Below, piece by piece: positions 36,609 to 45,782 of a stretch of 64,000 nucleotides of DNA. Each line of letters opens with the position of its first letter. Position 1 is the stretch's first letter. The position numbers and the translations under genes are program-made. The DNA comes from an uncultured Candidatus Babeliaceae bacterium. GTDB taxonomy: Bacteria; Babelota; Babeliae; Babelales; Babelaceae. The stretch is from NCBI GenBank assembly GCA_963704655.1, contig OY969927.1:1216001-1280000 (forward strand). The letters are read 5' to 3'. Below the pieces are notes generated by a model. It was not told the DNA's origin and made no database searches. It saw nothing but the letters and a program-made list of their open reading frames with translations.

Positions 36609-38798
36609 ATGAAAAAAATTATGAGTATTATGCTTGCTTGTGCAAGTAGTTGTGTGAATTTGAAAGCTTATATGGTTAAAAAATTAGAGGCTGCACCGCA
36701 GCAATTAGAGCTGTTTAAAGAGATTGCAACACAGCGTAATGAGCAGTTGCCAGAATTATGGAACACTCTTACACCACAAGAGCGTGTTTTAGCATACTTT
36801 CTGTATAGAGCAAGTAATGCTGGTAACCGTATTATAGCCGATCAAACGCATCGACATGCCGTTGAAATTATCGAAATTTTTGAAAAAATTGTTCAGAATA
36901 AAGCGGTTATTAAGCAAAAATGCGCTCAAACTTTTGATGTTGATGCTTTCTTGAAAGAAGCCGAAACTTTCTTAGTTTATCTCTATGCGCATCATGGCCA
37001 ATACTTTTTAAAAGAGTTTGAAAATCATAAACGCACGCCAGAAAAGATGCAGCTAAAAATGCTTGTTTTGGGTAATATTGTTGTTGCTCTTAATGCAATC
37101 GGTTTACATGAACCGCACCATTTAGTGAATCGCTTGCGTGAATCGATTTTTGATGCATCTTATGAGCCTACTGTTACGGTGGAAGGCAGTATCGAAGAAA
37201 GTGCGGGGAACTATTATAGCCCCGATTTTACTGAGCAAGATTTTGAATTACTTGATCCAGAAAGTAAAGTGGCATTAAATGTGTATTCCTATATCGCATC
37301 CGTTAATGGTGTGCCTGTGCCTATGGTTGAACGGTATAAAATTGGCGGAAAATATTCTGCAGAATTAGAAGTGGCCCATTATTGGCTCACAAAAGCGCAT
37401 GATCACGCGGTGAAGTATCCTGAGATTTTTGATAAACATATTCCTGCTAGTTTAAAGCATATGCTCAAATACCTTGAAACGGGTGATGAGCAGGAGTTTA
37501 GAAAGTTTTCTATTGAATGGCTCAAGACTAACAGCAGAATCGATTTTAATTTTGGTTTTGTCGAAGTCTATCAGGACCCGAAACAGTTTCGTGGAGAATT
37601 TGAAGCCGATGTTACGGTAAAAGTTGTTGATATGAAAAAACTTAATGCTCTCTTGCCAGCACTTGAAAAAGCATTGCCATTTCCTGATGAATTTAAAAGA
37701 CAGAACTTAGAAGATACTGCCGCTATACCAAATGCATCAGTGAATGCTAAAATTTTTGCCTCTGGCGGTGCTGGTCCGGTGAAGGTTGTTGCTGCGTATT
37801 GTTTGCCAAATTATACTGATATTCGTGCAGAACATGGCTCAAAACAGATCATCTATCAGTTTGGCAAAGGGCTTGGTGAATTGATGAACCCGACTTTAGC
37901 ATTGAGACTTTTTAATATAAAACAACACGCAGATTGGCTTGAAAAACATGACCCGCAAGGCAAACTGAATCATGACATTTGGGATGTGCATGTTGTGTTG
38001 CATGAAACACTTGGCCATGGCAGCGGCAGGGACGCTGAGCATGTTTTTGTCCCAGGTGACCCATTAACTATTAGCGGAAAATCATATGCTATCGGTGACG
38101 TTATTCAAGTAACCAGTGATAACAATACTGAATTTATAGGTGGATACTCGTCTGCATTAGAAGAGTTGCGCGCCGAGATTATCGCGCTTTATACGAGTAT
38201 TTATAATTATGACGAACTTGATGCAAGTGGTTTATATAAAGACTGGACCAAAAGAATCGGTAAAGAAAAACTCATCGAATGGTTTATCGTGCACATGGCG
38301 CAATCTGGTTTGAATAGATTACTCGTGCAAGCAGATGATGCAACAGAGATTGTTCAGGCGCATGCGCGTGCAGACACGACTATTATGAACTATTTACTTG
38401 ATCATGGCGGTTTAGAACTTGTAGAAGAGCAGTATCCTGTTAACGGCGTTTCACACACGGTTGTTGGTATTCGTTTAACAGATTTGAATTTAGCAATGCA
38501 GGCAGTTACTGACCTTGCATGTTTGGTGCAGCGTTGTAAATCTACTGCGGATGGCCAGGCTGTTGAAGAACTTATGAAGACATATGGCACCTGTGTTCGC
38601 CACCCAGAATATATTAAAATCCTTAAGGCAAATCGTCAGGCAGTGCAGGGTGATCTTAAAGAGATCGCAGAGATATTCCCGCGCTTGATACCAGAAACAG
38701 ATGCTTCTGGAGAAATTACTGACATTTCAGCCGAATGGCCAGCAAGTTTTCTTGAACAGCAGCTTGAACAGAGCAAACTTGCATTATCTAAAGAATAA
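36609..38798 (+). CDS. Dipeptidyl peptidase III (peptidase M49)
   Basis: GFVEVYQDP...GEFE, hexapeptide HETLGH(GSG), LEELRAE, QAHARA. Confidence 0.92.
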   Translation: MKKIMSIMLACASSCVNLKAYMVKKLEAAPQQLELFKEIATQRNEQLPELWNTLTPQERVLAYFLYRASNAGNRIIADQTHRHAVEIIEIFEKIVQNKAVIKQKCAQTFDVDAFLKEAETFLVYLYAHHGQYFLKEFENHKRTPEKMQLKMLVLGNIVVALNAIGLHEPHHLVNRLRESIFDASYEPTVTVEGSIEESAGNYYSPDFTEQDFELLDPESKVALNVYSYIASVNGVPVPMVERYKIGGKYSAELEVAHYWLTKAHDHAVKYPEIFDKHIPASLKHMLKYLETGDEQEFRKFSIEWLKTNSRIDFNFGFVEVYQDPKQFRGEFEADVTVKVVDMKKLNALLPALEKALPFPDEFKRQNLEDTAAIPNASVNAKIFASGGAGPVKVVAAYCLPNYTDIRAEHGSKQIIYQFGKGLGELMNPTLALRLFNIKQHADWLEKHDPQGKLNHDIWDVHVVLHETLGHGSGRDAEHVFVPGDPLTISGKSYAIGDVIQVTSDNNTEFIGGYSSALEELRAEIIALYTSIYNYDELDASGLYKDWTKRIGKEKLIEWFIVHMAQSGLNRLLVQADDATEIVQAHARADTTIMNYLLDHGGLELVEEQYPVNGVSHTVVGIRLTDLNLAMQAVTDLACLVQRCKSTADGQAVEELMKTYGTCVRHPEYIKILKANRQAVQGDLKEIAEIFPRLIPETDASGEITDISAEWPASFLEQQLEQSKLALSKE

Positions 38799-38831
38799 AA
38801 AAAGGGGCATAGAAATATGCCCCTTTTTTTT
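38797..38831. terminator. Bidirectional rho-independent terminator
   Basis: A-run + GGGGCATA-GAAA-TATGCCCC + T-run between convergent genes. Confidence 0.9.
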
Positions 38832-38846
38832 AAAAAGCTAATTATT

Positions 38847-39716
38847 TTAAAGTGAAACTTGTTTATGTGTTGGTTGGTTCTTATACGTATATTTGTGTGT
38901 TTCAAAAAGATTTGAAAGTTCTAATGCGCGTGCCAAGCGGGTTAAGCCGATTCCTGCGCCAAAACGTGGAATCATAGATAAAGAAAAATATTCTTCAAGC
39001 TCTTTAAGTACACGGTCTTTACCAAATTTGGTAAATAACAGCTGGGAGTATGCGCCGTCTTTAATGGTAAAAAATTGTTCGCGCATAAGTTCAGTATCAG
39101 TTTCGCGCTCTGCCGACCCAATTGTCTCCATGCCATGCAATAAAACATCGATTTTATTATACAGACCATTTTCACCGCGTTTCATGTTCCAGAATGGGTT
39201 TGTTACTGCAGGAAATTTTTCAAGGCTAATACAAGCGCCATATTTTTTTTCAAGTGCAGTTTCATGAACAGCCTCAATTGTCTCTGTTTCAAAACTTTGT
39301 GCTGTTGCTGTGTAATCGATACTTACGGGCATATCAAAGCCAAGATGTTCTAAAAGTTCAGCTTCTAGTTTTTTAAGGTCATTGAATGTTCCATGTGCCT
39401 CAAACTCAAACATAGGGAAAATTCTTTGATGGCGTCCTTCGATTGGGTTTGGTTCGTCTCGGTAACTCGTGGTTATACAAAAAACACCCGGCCACTGCGG
39501 GTGCTTTAATATTTCTGATTCAAGCCACATTTGCCCAGTCTGCGGAAGCGGGTAACGCGTGTTCCCAAGGGTATATTCAGTGATTGTTTCTGGGTCCTCA
39601 CAGGCTGCCAAAATCGAAGTGCGTGACTGCGCCGGAACCTCGATGAAGCCTTTTTTGTCTTGGAAAAAGCTGCGGAGCATTTTGACCATATCATTAAAAT
39701 GTAGCGTATTATTCAT
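38847..39716 (-). CDS. Class II aaRS catalytic-domain-only protein (AsnRS paralog; asparagine synthetase AS-AR-like)
   Basis: Motif 1 FF...GFIEV, motif 2 SYRDE...GRH...F.MFEFE, ETIGSAERE, motif 3 PRFGAGIGLTRL; no anticodon-binding OB domain. Confidence 0.75.
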   Translation of the reverse strand: MNNTLHFNDMVKMLRSFFQDKKGFIEVPAQSRTSILAACEDPETITEYTLGNTRYPLPQTGQMWLESEILKHPQWPGVFCITTSYRDEPNPIEGRHQRIFPMFEFEAHGTFNDLKKLEAELLEHLGFDMPVSIDYTATAQSFETETIEAVHETALEKKYGACISLEKFPAVTNPFWNMKRGENGLYNKIDVLLHGMETIGSAERETDTELMREQFFTIKDGAYSQLLFTKFGKDRVLKELEEYFSLSMIPRFGAGIGLTRLARALELSNLFETHKYTYKNQPTHKQVSL

Positions 39717-39792
39717 ACTATCTTCTCTTTTTTTTTAGGGTGTGTATAAATTGTTACTACTCTAATGAAAATGGTAAGTCGCTGTCAACTAT

Positions 39793-40311
39793 TTATAAAT
39801 CTTTTTCCATAGTAGTTACTTCGTGGTTAATAAGCCACTCTTTTGAAAGAACTTCCCAATTATGCTTTTCGTACCACGGGATAACGTTTACATCAGAAGT
39901 AAATAAATATATTTTTTTAAATCCCATAGAACGTGCTTTTTCACATATTGTTTCTTCTAAAAGTGTGCCAATTTTTTGATTTCTATAATCAGGTGTGACA
40001 TATAATGCTGCAAGCCATGGCGTGAGTCCCGGTAAAAGCCCACGCGTTTCAGCAAGAGAGCACATGCCAACGGGAATTTCACCATCAAATGCCAAAAGCG
40101 TAAAGGGGATATGCTCATTAAGATATTTTTCACGTGATGCAATAAACGTCTCTAATGTATCAGTTGGCTTATAATGTCCCCATTCATTAAATGCCCATTG
40201 CGCACAGAGTGTGACATATTTAGGATGATTTTTTAGATAATCGATTTTAATCACTGCTTGATCTCCATACACATTTAAAAAATAGAGTAGTGTGAAGATA
40301 ATTTTTTTCAT
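39793..40311 (-). CDS. GNAT N-acetyltransferase with signal-like N-terminus
   Basis: PWLAALYV.PDYRNQKIG..L, G.KKIYLFT, WYEKHNW. Confidence 0.9.
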   Translation of the reverse strand: MKKIIFTLLYFLNVYGDQAVIKIDYLKNHPKYVTLCAQWAFNEWGHYKPTDTLETFIASREKYLNEHIPFTLLAFDGEIPVGMCSLAETRGLLPGLTPWLAALYVTPDYRNQKIGTLLEETICEKARSMGFKKIYLFTSDVNVIPWYEKHNWEVLSKEWLINHEVTTMEKDL

Positions 40312-40320
40312 AGTATTTTC

Positions 40321-41229
40321 TTAAGATAATTTTCTTAAGTAGTTTGCCCGTGTTTTGCCGTCAGGGTGTCCAGACAAAATTACCCCGGGAATTTTTGCTA
40401 CCAGAGTTTGTTCTTTATGTGCATTAAGAATATCTTGGTGCACTTCAAAAAAATCTGCTGCGGCTGCTATTTCTTGGCGGGTGCTATGTGATGCGGCAAA
40501 GATGTCTGCTTTTTTTTCTTCATAGGCTTTGAAAAAGTAATTTGAAGAGTAGCTTAATAGTAAGTCTGTTATAGCAGCAGCAAGAAGTCCGGCAAGTATT
40601 GCAAAGCCATCTAAAATCATTAATAACGTAACACTTGTTGTAATTCCAACATAGGCTGAAATGGTACCAATAAGTGAAATAAGCACCATCTTTTTATAAG
40701 AGTAGTTATAATAAACATGGCCCAATTCATGCTTAAAGATAAAAAGCTGCGCATCGGGTGATAACGCCTGCCTGATAGCATTAATTCTCTGTTTTTGCGC
40801 TTGCGGTGTAGTTGGAAAAATCTGTATTTCAACAATATTTTTTACTTTAATTGCTTCTGGGTCATCCTCAAAAGCTGAACATACAAGTGGGTCGATAATT
40901 ATGGCATTATTAATGGCCATTGCTATGCTTTCATACGTATAACCATAGCGCAACTGTACCGTGTCAGTATGTATTCCACAAGATCGTATTACTTTTTCTA
41001 AAAGTTCTTTGTGCGCGCCTGTGGGAATAAAGGGCAATGCTTTAATTTGGTTTAATGCGTTTTTCCAGTTTAGATAAAACAGATAAAATCCAATAAAAAG
41101 TGAACAGATTATCGCGCCATAGGCACTTTGAATAAAGTCTGAATAAAAATATGCGATTGCAAGAATAGGTAAACTTAAATTTACTATCCCTAATGCCTGC
41201 TGGCGTAATAGCGCAAGTACTGATTTCAT
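40321..41229 (-). CDS. M48-family (HtpX-like) membrane zinc metalloprotease
   Basis: HELGH, EEKKADIFA, SGHPDGKTR; TM segments. Confidence 0.88.
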   Translation of the reverse strand: MKSVLALLRQQALGIVNLSLPILAIAYFYSDFIQSAYGAIICSLFIGFYLFYLNWKNALNQIKALPFIPTGAHKELLEKVIRSCGIHTDTVQLRYGYTYESIAMAINNAIIIDPLVCSAFEDDPEAIKVKNIVEIQIFPTTPQAQKQRINAIRQALSPDAQLFIFKHELGHVYYNYSYKKMVLISLIGTISAYVGITTSVTLLMILDGFAILAGLLAAAITDLLLSYSSNYFFKAYEEKKADIFAASHSTRQEIAAAADFFEVHQDILNAHKEQTLVAKIPGVILSGHPDGKTRANYLRKLS

Positions 41230-41260
41230 GTTGCTCTTTTCTGTTTTTTTCTATTAAAAT

Positions 41261-41992
41261 TTATTTATTATTTAAGAATTCTCGAACATGTCTGTTTTTT
41301 GTAAGGCCTAAAAATTTAGTGGCAAATGGGAGTGTTTCTTTCCAAATAGTTAAAATTTCTTCTGCCTCTTTTGGTGAGGATATAACGTTTTCTGTTATGT
41401 CAATTTGGTCGAACCCTTGGAATTGACGATTAAGTTGCAAAAAATTTGCAAGTGCATAAAGTTTACCAATTTTAAATGCTATTTCCTTAGGCAGATCACG
41501 ATCATCAAAATAGTATGCCTTCTCAAGCTCATAAATGAAGGTCTCAAATGTCTTTTTTTCTGTTATATCAAAAATAGTTATTTCTCCCACATCTTTATTA
41601 TAGGTGAAATCATAATCTCTACCATTGATTCTTCTTATTGTGTGATCTCTAATATCTCTGGTCGGATCAAAGCATTCAAAGGGTATTTTTTTAAAGGAGG
41701 TTTGGGTTTCAGTTAAGGGATGAAATCTAAACCGAAGGTCACGTGTTATTCCATTTGGGTTAAAAGTTAGCTCGCCCACCTGTCCTCTCAGTCCCCTCAT
41801 ACTACCTGCACATATTCCCTGGGGGAACTTTTCATTAATGTCGGTGAATGTTCTAATCGGTTGTGCTTGAGGTTTGTGTTGCTCAAAGAGCTCTATCGTT
41901 TGCTTATATAAGTCAAACTCGCATGATTGGATGTGCAACGCAAACAAGATATTTAAAAAGCCTCCAGCCGTAAGATATTTTACATATTTCAT
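41261..41992 (-). CDS. Exported hypothetical protein, tandem duplicate A
   Basis: Highly similar to 42042..42812. Confidence 0.8.
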   Translation of the reverse strand: MKYVKYLTAGGFLNILFALHIQSCEFDLYKQTIELFEQHKPQAQPIRTFTDINEKFPQGICAGSMRGLRGQVGELTFNPNGITRDLRFRFHPLTETQTSFKKIPFECFDPTRDIRDHTIRRINGRDYDFTYNKDVGEITIFDITEKKTFETFIYELEKAYYFDDRDLPKEIAFKIGKLYALANFLQLNRQFQGFDQIDITENVISSPKEAEEILTIWKETLPFATKFLGLTKNRHVREFLNNK

Positions 41993-42016
41993 AAGGAAAG
42001 TTCTCTTTGTTAAAGG

Positions 42017-42038
42017 AAAGGGGCATTTTAGCCCCTTT
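42017..42038. terminator. Hairpin between the duplicated genes
   Basis: AAAGGGGC-ATTTTA-GCCCCTTT. Confidence 0.55.
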
Positions 42039-42041
42039 GGG

Positions 42042-42812
42042 TTATTCAGTTTTTTCTAAGAATTCTTGTACATGCCTGTTTTGTGCAAGGCCTAAAAAAT
42101 TAGTGGCAAATTGGCGTGTTTCTTTCCAAATAGTTAAAATTTCTTCTGCTTCTTTTGGCGATGATATAACGTTTTCTGTTATATCAATTTGGTCGAACCC
42201 TTGGAATTGACGATTAAGTTGCAAAAAATTTGCAAGTGCATAAAGTTTACCAATTTTAAAACCTATTTCCCCAGGATAAAGAGAATCATCATAATCTTTA
42301 TCATCATCAGAATAGTATGCCTCCTCAAGCTCCTGGGTGAAGGTCTCAAATGTCTTTTTTTCTGTTATATCAATAATAGTTATTTCTCCTAAATCTTTAT
42401 TATAGGCGAATTCATAATTTCTACCATCGATTTTTCTTTTTGTATTATCTCTAACATAATCTCTGGACGGATCAAAGCATTCAAAGGGTATTTTTTTAAA
42501 GGAGGTTTGGGTTTCAGTTAGGGGATGAAATAAAAGGCAAAGGTGACCGCTTATTCCACTTGGTTTAAAAGTTAGCTCGCCCATCTGTCCCCCCATATTA
42601 CCTACATATATTCCCTGAGGGAACTTTTCATTAATGTCGGTGAATGTTCTAACCGGTTGTGGTTGAGGTTTGTATCGCTCAAAGATCTCTACCGTTTGCT
42701 CATATAAATCGAACTCGTACGACTCATCTAAATCGAACTCGCACGATTGGATATGCAGTATAAACATGATGTTGAAAAAAACTACTGCTGTAAGATATTT
42801 TACATATTTCAT
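42042..42812 (-). CDS. Exported hypothetical protein, tandem duplicate B
   Basis: Paralog of 41261..41992 with small acidic insertions. Confidence 0.8.
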   Translation of the reverse strand: MKYVKYLTAVVFFNIMFILHIQSCEFDLDESYEFDLYEQTVEIFERYKPQPQPVRTFTDINEKFPQGIYVGNMGGQMGELTFKPSGISGHLCLLFHPLTETQTSFKKIPFECFDPSRDYVRDNTKRKIDGRNYEFAYNKDLGEITIIDITEKKTFETFTQELEEAYYSDDDKDYDDSLYPGEIGFKIGKLYALANFLQLNRQFQGFDQIDITENVISSPKEAEEILTIWKETRQFATNFLGLAQNRHVQEFLEKTE

Positions 42813-42821
42813 ACTAGTTCT

Positions 42822-44438
42822 TTATATTAATGGGTTAATGTTTTGCTGATGATATGTTATCGCGCTTTGTACCAAATGGGTAAAAAGTGGATGTGGGGCA
42901 AATGGTTTGCTTTGTAGTTCTGGGTGAAATTGGCAGGCGATAAAATACGGGTGTTTCGGTATTTCGATAATTTCTGGCAAGTTACTTGTTTCATGTTTGC
43001 CCGAAATTATAAAACCGGCTTTTTCAAACTGTTCTGCATAGTGTGTATTAAATTCATACCGGTGTCTATGCCGTTCTGAAATAGTGTCTTTTTGGTAAAC
43101 TTTTTCTGCCAAACTGCCCGGTTTAATGACACAGATCTGTGCGCCCAGGCGCATGGTGCCGCCCTTATTAGTAACCTCTTTTTGCGCAGCCATAATATCG
43201 ATTACAGGATTTTTTGTTGCCGGTGTAAACTCTGTTGAATCTGCATCGGGGATTTTAAGCACGTTGCGCGCAAATTCAATAACGGCTATCTGCATGCCCA
43301 AGCAAATACCCAAATAGGGGATATTATGTTCGCGTGCATATTGTGCTGCAAGAATTTTCCCTTCAATGCCTCTGTCGCCAAAGCCGCCCGGAACAAGAAT
43401 GCCATCTATATTTTTTAATTTTTCTTTACAATTTTCTGGAGTAAGTTCTTCTGAATTTACCCAAACCATAGTGACTTTTGTCTTTGTGGCAATTTGTGCA
43501 TGTAATAAGGCTTCATATAAACTTTTGTAGGCGTCTTTGAGCCCCATATATTTTCCAACGATTGCTATAGTAACCGTGCCGTGCAAGTTTTGTAATGTAT
43601 CTGCAATTTTTTGCCAGGCAGTTAAGTCTGGCGCATAGTAGGTAATGTTTAAATGGCGCGCAATGGTTTGTGGTAAGCCCTGTTGTGCATAATGTAATGG
43701 TAACTGATAAATGCTTGCAAGGTCCGGGGCAGAGACAACCGATTCTTTTTCAACATTAGTAAATAGGGCGATTTTATCTTTAATGTCATTGGGTAACGGA
43801 ATTTCAGTTCTGCAGATTAAAATATCAGGTTGAACACCCAGCGAAGTTAATTGTTTAACGGCATGCTGAGTTGGTTTGGTTTTTAGCTCTTCTGTTATAT
43901 GCAAATAGGGGACATAGGTTAGATGTATATAGATACAGTCTTTGCGGCCCGCATATAAACCCATTTGTCTGATAGCCTCAATAAAGGGGAGCCCTTCGAT
44001 ATCACCGACAGTTCCGCCGATCTCTATGAGTGTGCAATCGACATCTTTGGCAGCATCTATAATAGTTTTTTTAATCTCATCAGTAAGATGGGGAACAATC
44101 TGGATGGTGCCGCCAAGAAAATCACCTTTACGCTCTTTTTCAATAAGGCGCGCATATAATTTGCCCGAGGTAACACTATTTTCTTTTTTTAATGTTGCAT
44201 GGGTAAAACGTTCATAATGGCCTATATCTAAATCTGTCTCTGCGCCATCTTCTGTTACAAAAACTTCGCCATGTTGATACGGGCTCATGGTGCCTGGGTC
44301 GACATTAAGGTAAGGATCAAGTTTTAAGAATGAGACACGGTAGCCCATGCTTTCTAAAAGTGCGCCTATTGCTGCTGCAGTAAGCCCTTTGCCCAATGAT
44401 GAAAGGACGCCACCGGTGATAAAGATATATTTTGGCAT
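42822..44438 (-). CDS. pyrG: CTP synthase
   Basis: KYIFITGGVLSSLGKG, KTKPTQ, GICLGMQ, RHRHRYE, QFHPE. Confidence 0.99.
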   Translation of the reverse strand: MPKYIFITGGVLSSLGKGLTAAAIGALLESMGYRVSFLKLDPYLNVDPGTMSPYQHGEVFVTEDGAETDLDIGHYERFTHATLKKENSVTSGKLYARLIEKERKGDFLGGTIQIVPHLTDEIKKTIIDAAKDVDCTLIEIGGTVGDIEGLPFIEAIRQMGLYAGRKDCIYIHLTYVPYLHITEELKTKPTQHAVKQLTSLGVQPDILICRTEIPLPNDIKDKIALFTNVEKESVVSAPDLASIYQLPLHYAQQGLPQTIARHLNITYYAPDLTAWQKIADTLQNLHGTVTIAIVGKYMGLKDAYKSLYEALLHAQIATKTKVTMVWVNSEELTPENCKEKLKNIDGILVPGGFGDRGIEGKILAAQYAREHNIPYLGICLGMQIAVIEFARNVLKIPDADSTEFTPATKNPVIDIMAAQKEVTNKGGTMRLGAQICVIKPGSLAEKVYQKDTISERHRHRYEFNTHYAEQFEKAGFIISGKHETSNLPEIIEIPKHPYFIACQFHPELQSKPFAPHPLFTHLVQSAITYHQQNINPLI

Positions 44439-44540
44439 AGTGAGTGCATTGTTATGAATTTAAAATCTTACAATGCACTATAGTATAGCATAATTTCTTG
44501 CACACTTGTTTTTTGTGCCAGTAATTTTTTAGATTTATAT

Positions 44541-44583
44541 AACGGCCGCTCGTGGTGAGCGTAGTCGAATCCATGCGGCCGTT
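44541..44583. repeat. GC-rich palindromic REP-like unit
   Basis: AACGGCCGC...GCGGCCGTT stem enclosing TCGTGGTGAGCGTAGTCGAA, resembling the CCG....TGAG....TCGAA core at 24842. Confidence 0.5.
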
Positions 44584-44619
44584 TTTAATATACTTTTTTT
44601 TTATATATATGGGGTTATT

Positions 44620-44940
44620 ATGATTTCAAGAAGATTTTTGGCGATTTTGATATGTGGCCTATGCGCTATTCCTGCATTGGATGCGCGACGTAAGAAATCA
44701 AAAGTTGAACAACCTGCTTGTAGCAAAGATGAAAAGGCCTGTAAAGATTTGAAGAACCCATGTAAATGCTATTGTGCATTTAAACCGGGCCCTCGCGATA
44801 AAGTTGCAGATGACAAGCCGATATGCATTAAAGATGATCCAGAAGGCAATTACTGTTATTGCAAAAAGCGCGATATCGATAAAGTGAATGCAGAGCGTAA
44901 AGCTCGAAATGAGCCTGAAATATCTTATGAGGCCGCCTGA
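44620..44940 (+). CDS. Small exported Cys-rich protein
   Basis: Signal peptide; CKCYC and CYC motifs. Confidence 0.75.
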   Translation: MISRRFLAILICGLCAIPALDARRKKSKVEQPACSKDEKACKDLKNPCKCYCAFKPGPRDKVADDKPICIKDDPEGNYCYCKKRDIDKVNAERKARNEPEISYEAA

Positions 44941-45254
44941 TTCATTTCTTCGTAGGAAGATTCTAATTGATTAAAAAAAACGTGAGGCTCTGGAAGAGCT
45001 ATTAAAGGCCCATTTGATTTAAAGAATGCAACGTACTTTTGATTTTTTCTTTTTGCTTTGACGATAATGTGTTTACCTTCAAGATCACCGATTGCTCGGT
45101 AATAAACAGTATTTTTGGTAGCGTTTTGAGTTTTGACTATAAAAGATGTAATTGAACCTTGATGGACATTAAGATTCACGAGAGTTTCAGCTGAATGTGC
45201 TTTAAATGTGGTTAATAAAAAAACTGCGATAAAGATTTTGTTAAGAGTATTCAT
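44925..45254 (-). CDS. Small exported hypothetical protein
   Basis: MNTLNKIFIAVFLLTTFKAHS signal peptide. Confidence 0.7.
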   Translation of the reverse strand: MNTLNKIFIAVFLLTTFKAHSAETLVNLNVHQGSITSFIVKTQNATKNTVYYRAIGDLEGKHIIVKAKRKNQKYVAFFKSNGPLIALPEPHVFFNQLESSYEEMNQAAS

Positions 45255-45340
45255 AGGGTTTTCTTAATTTAAAATTGGTTCTAATAATTGCTATAAGTAT
45301 AATATATTTTTGCACAAAGTTCAAAGCAAGCCTGAGTTTC

Positions 45341-45700
45341 TTATTTACTGTGATCGGTAATATAACACTTTATAATATCAAGCGCGGTTTCTTCTTCATG
45401 CGCAGCGCAATGAGCCTCATGAAAATAATGGAGCATGTTAATGCCATTATTAATTGCGAAAAGGCCGCAAAGTGCAGCAAACCAAGAATAATCTTGTTGA
45501 GTTTTGTGGTACATAATGCTGGTGAGTATACACCAATAGAGTGATGAATATGCGTGCTTTCGTAACTTGCGCGCATCGTGGTGAACTTTAGGGTTTTTGT
45601 TTTCTATTTCCGCTTGAGATTTTAAGGGTGTGGCTATAATTAAAGAGAAACAAAAAACTATTTGTATGAGTAGAGTTTTTAAAAAAAAATTTATTCCCAT
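45341..45700 (-). CDS. Small hypothetical membrane/exported protein
   Basis: Signal peptide plus hydrophobic hairpin. Confidence 0.55.
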   Translation of the reverse strand: MGINFFLKTLLIQIVFCFSLIIATPLKSQAEIENKNPKVHHDARKLRKHAYSSLYWCILTSIMYHKTQQDYSWFAALCGLFAINNGINMLHYFHEAHCAAHEEETALDIIKCYITDHSK

Positions 45701-45782
45701 AACTTTTTTTTCAGAGGTTAGTACCGTAGTTTTAATTACGGTACTAGCCTAATCTCTTTTTATTTAAATTGTATAGGCTTTA

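Noticed and set aside
41921-41992. Lipoprotein lipobox (IQSC) in the duplicated genes
   Set aside because: Poor match to [LVI][ASTVI][GAS]C; cannot be supported without a prediction tool.
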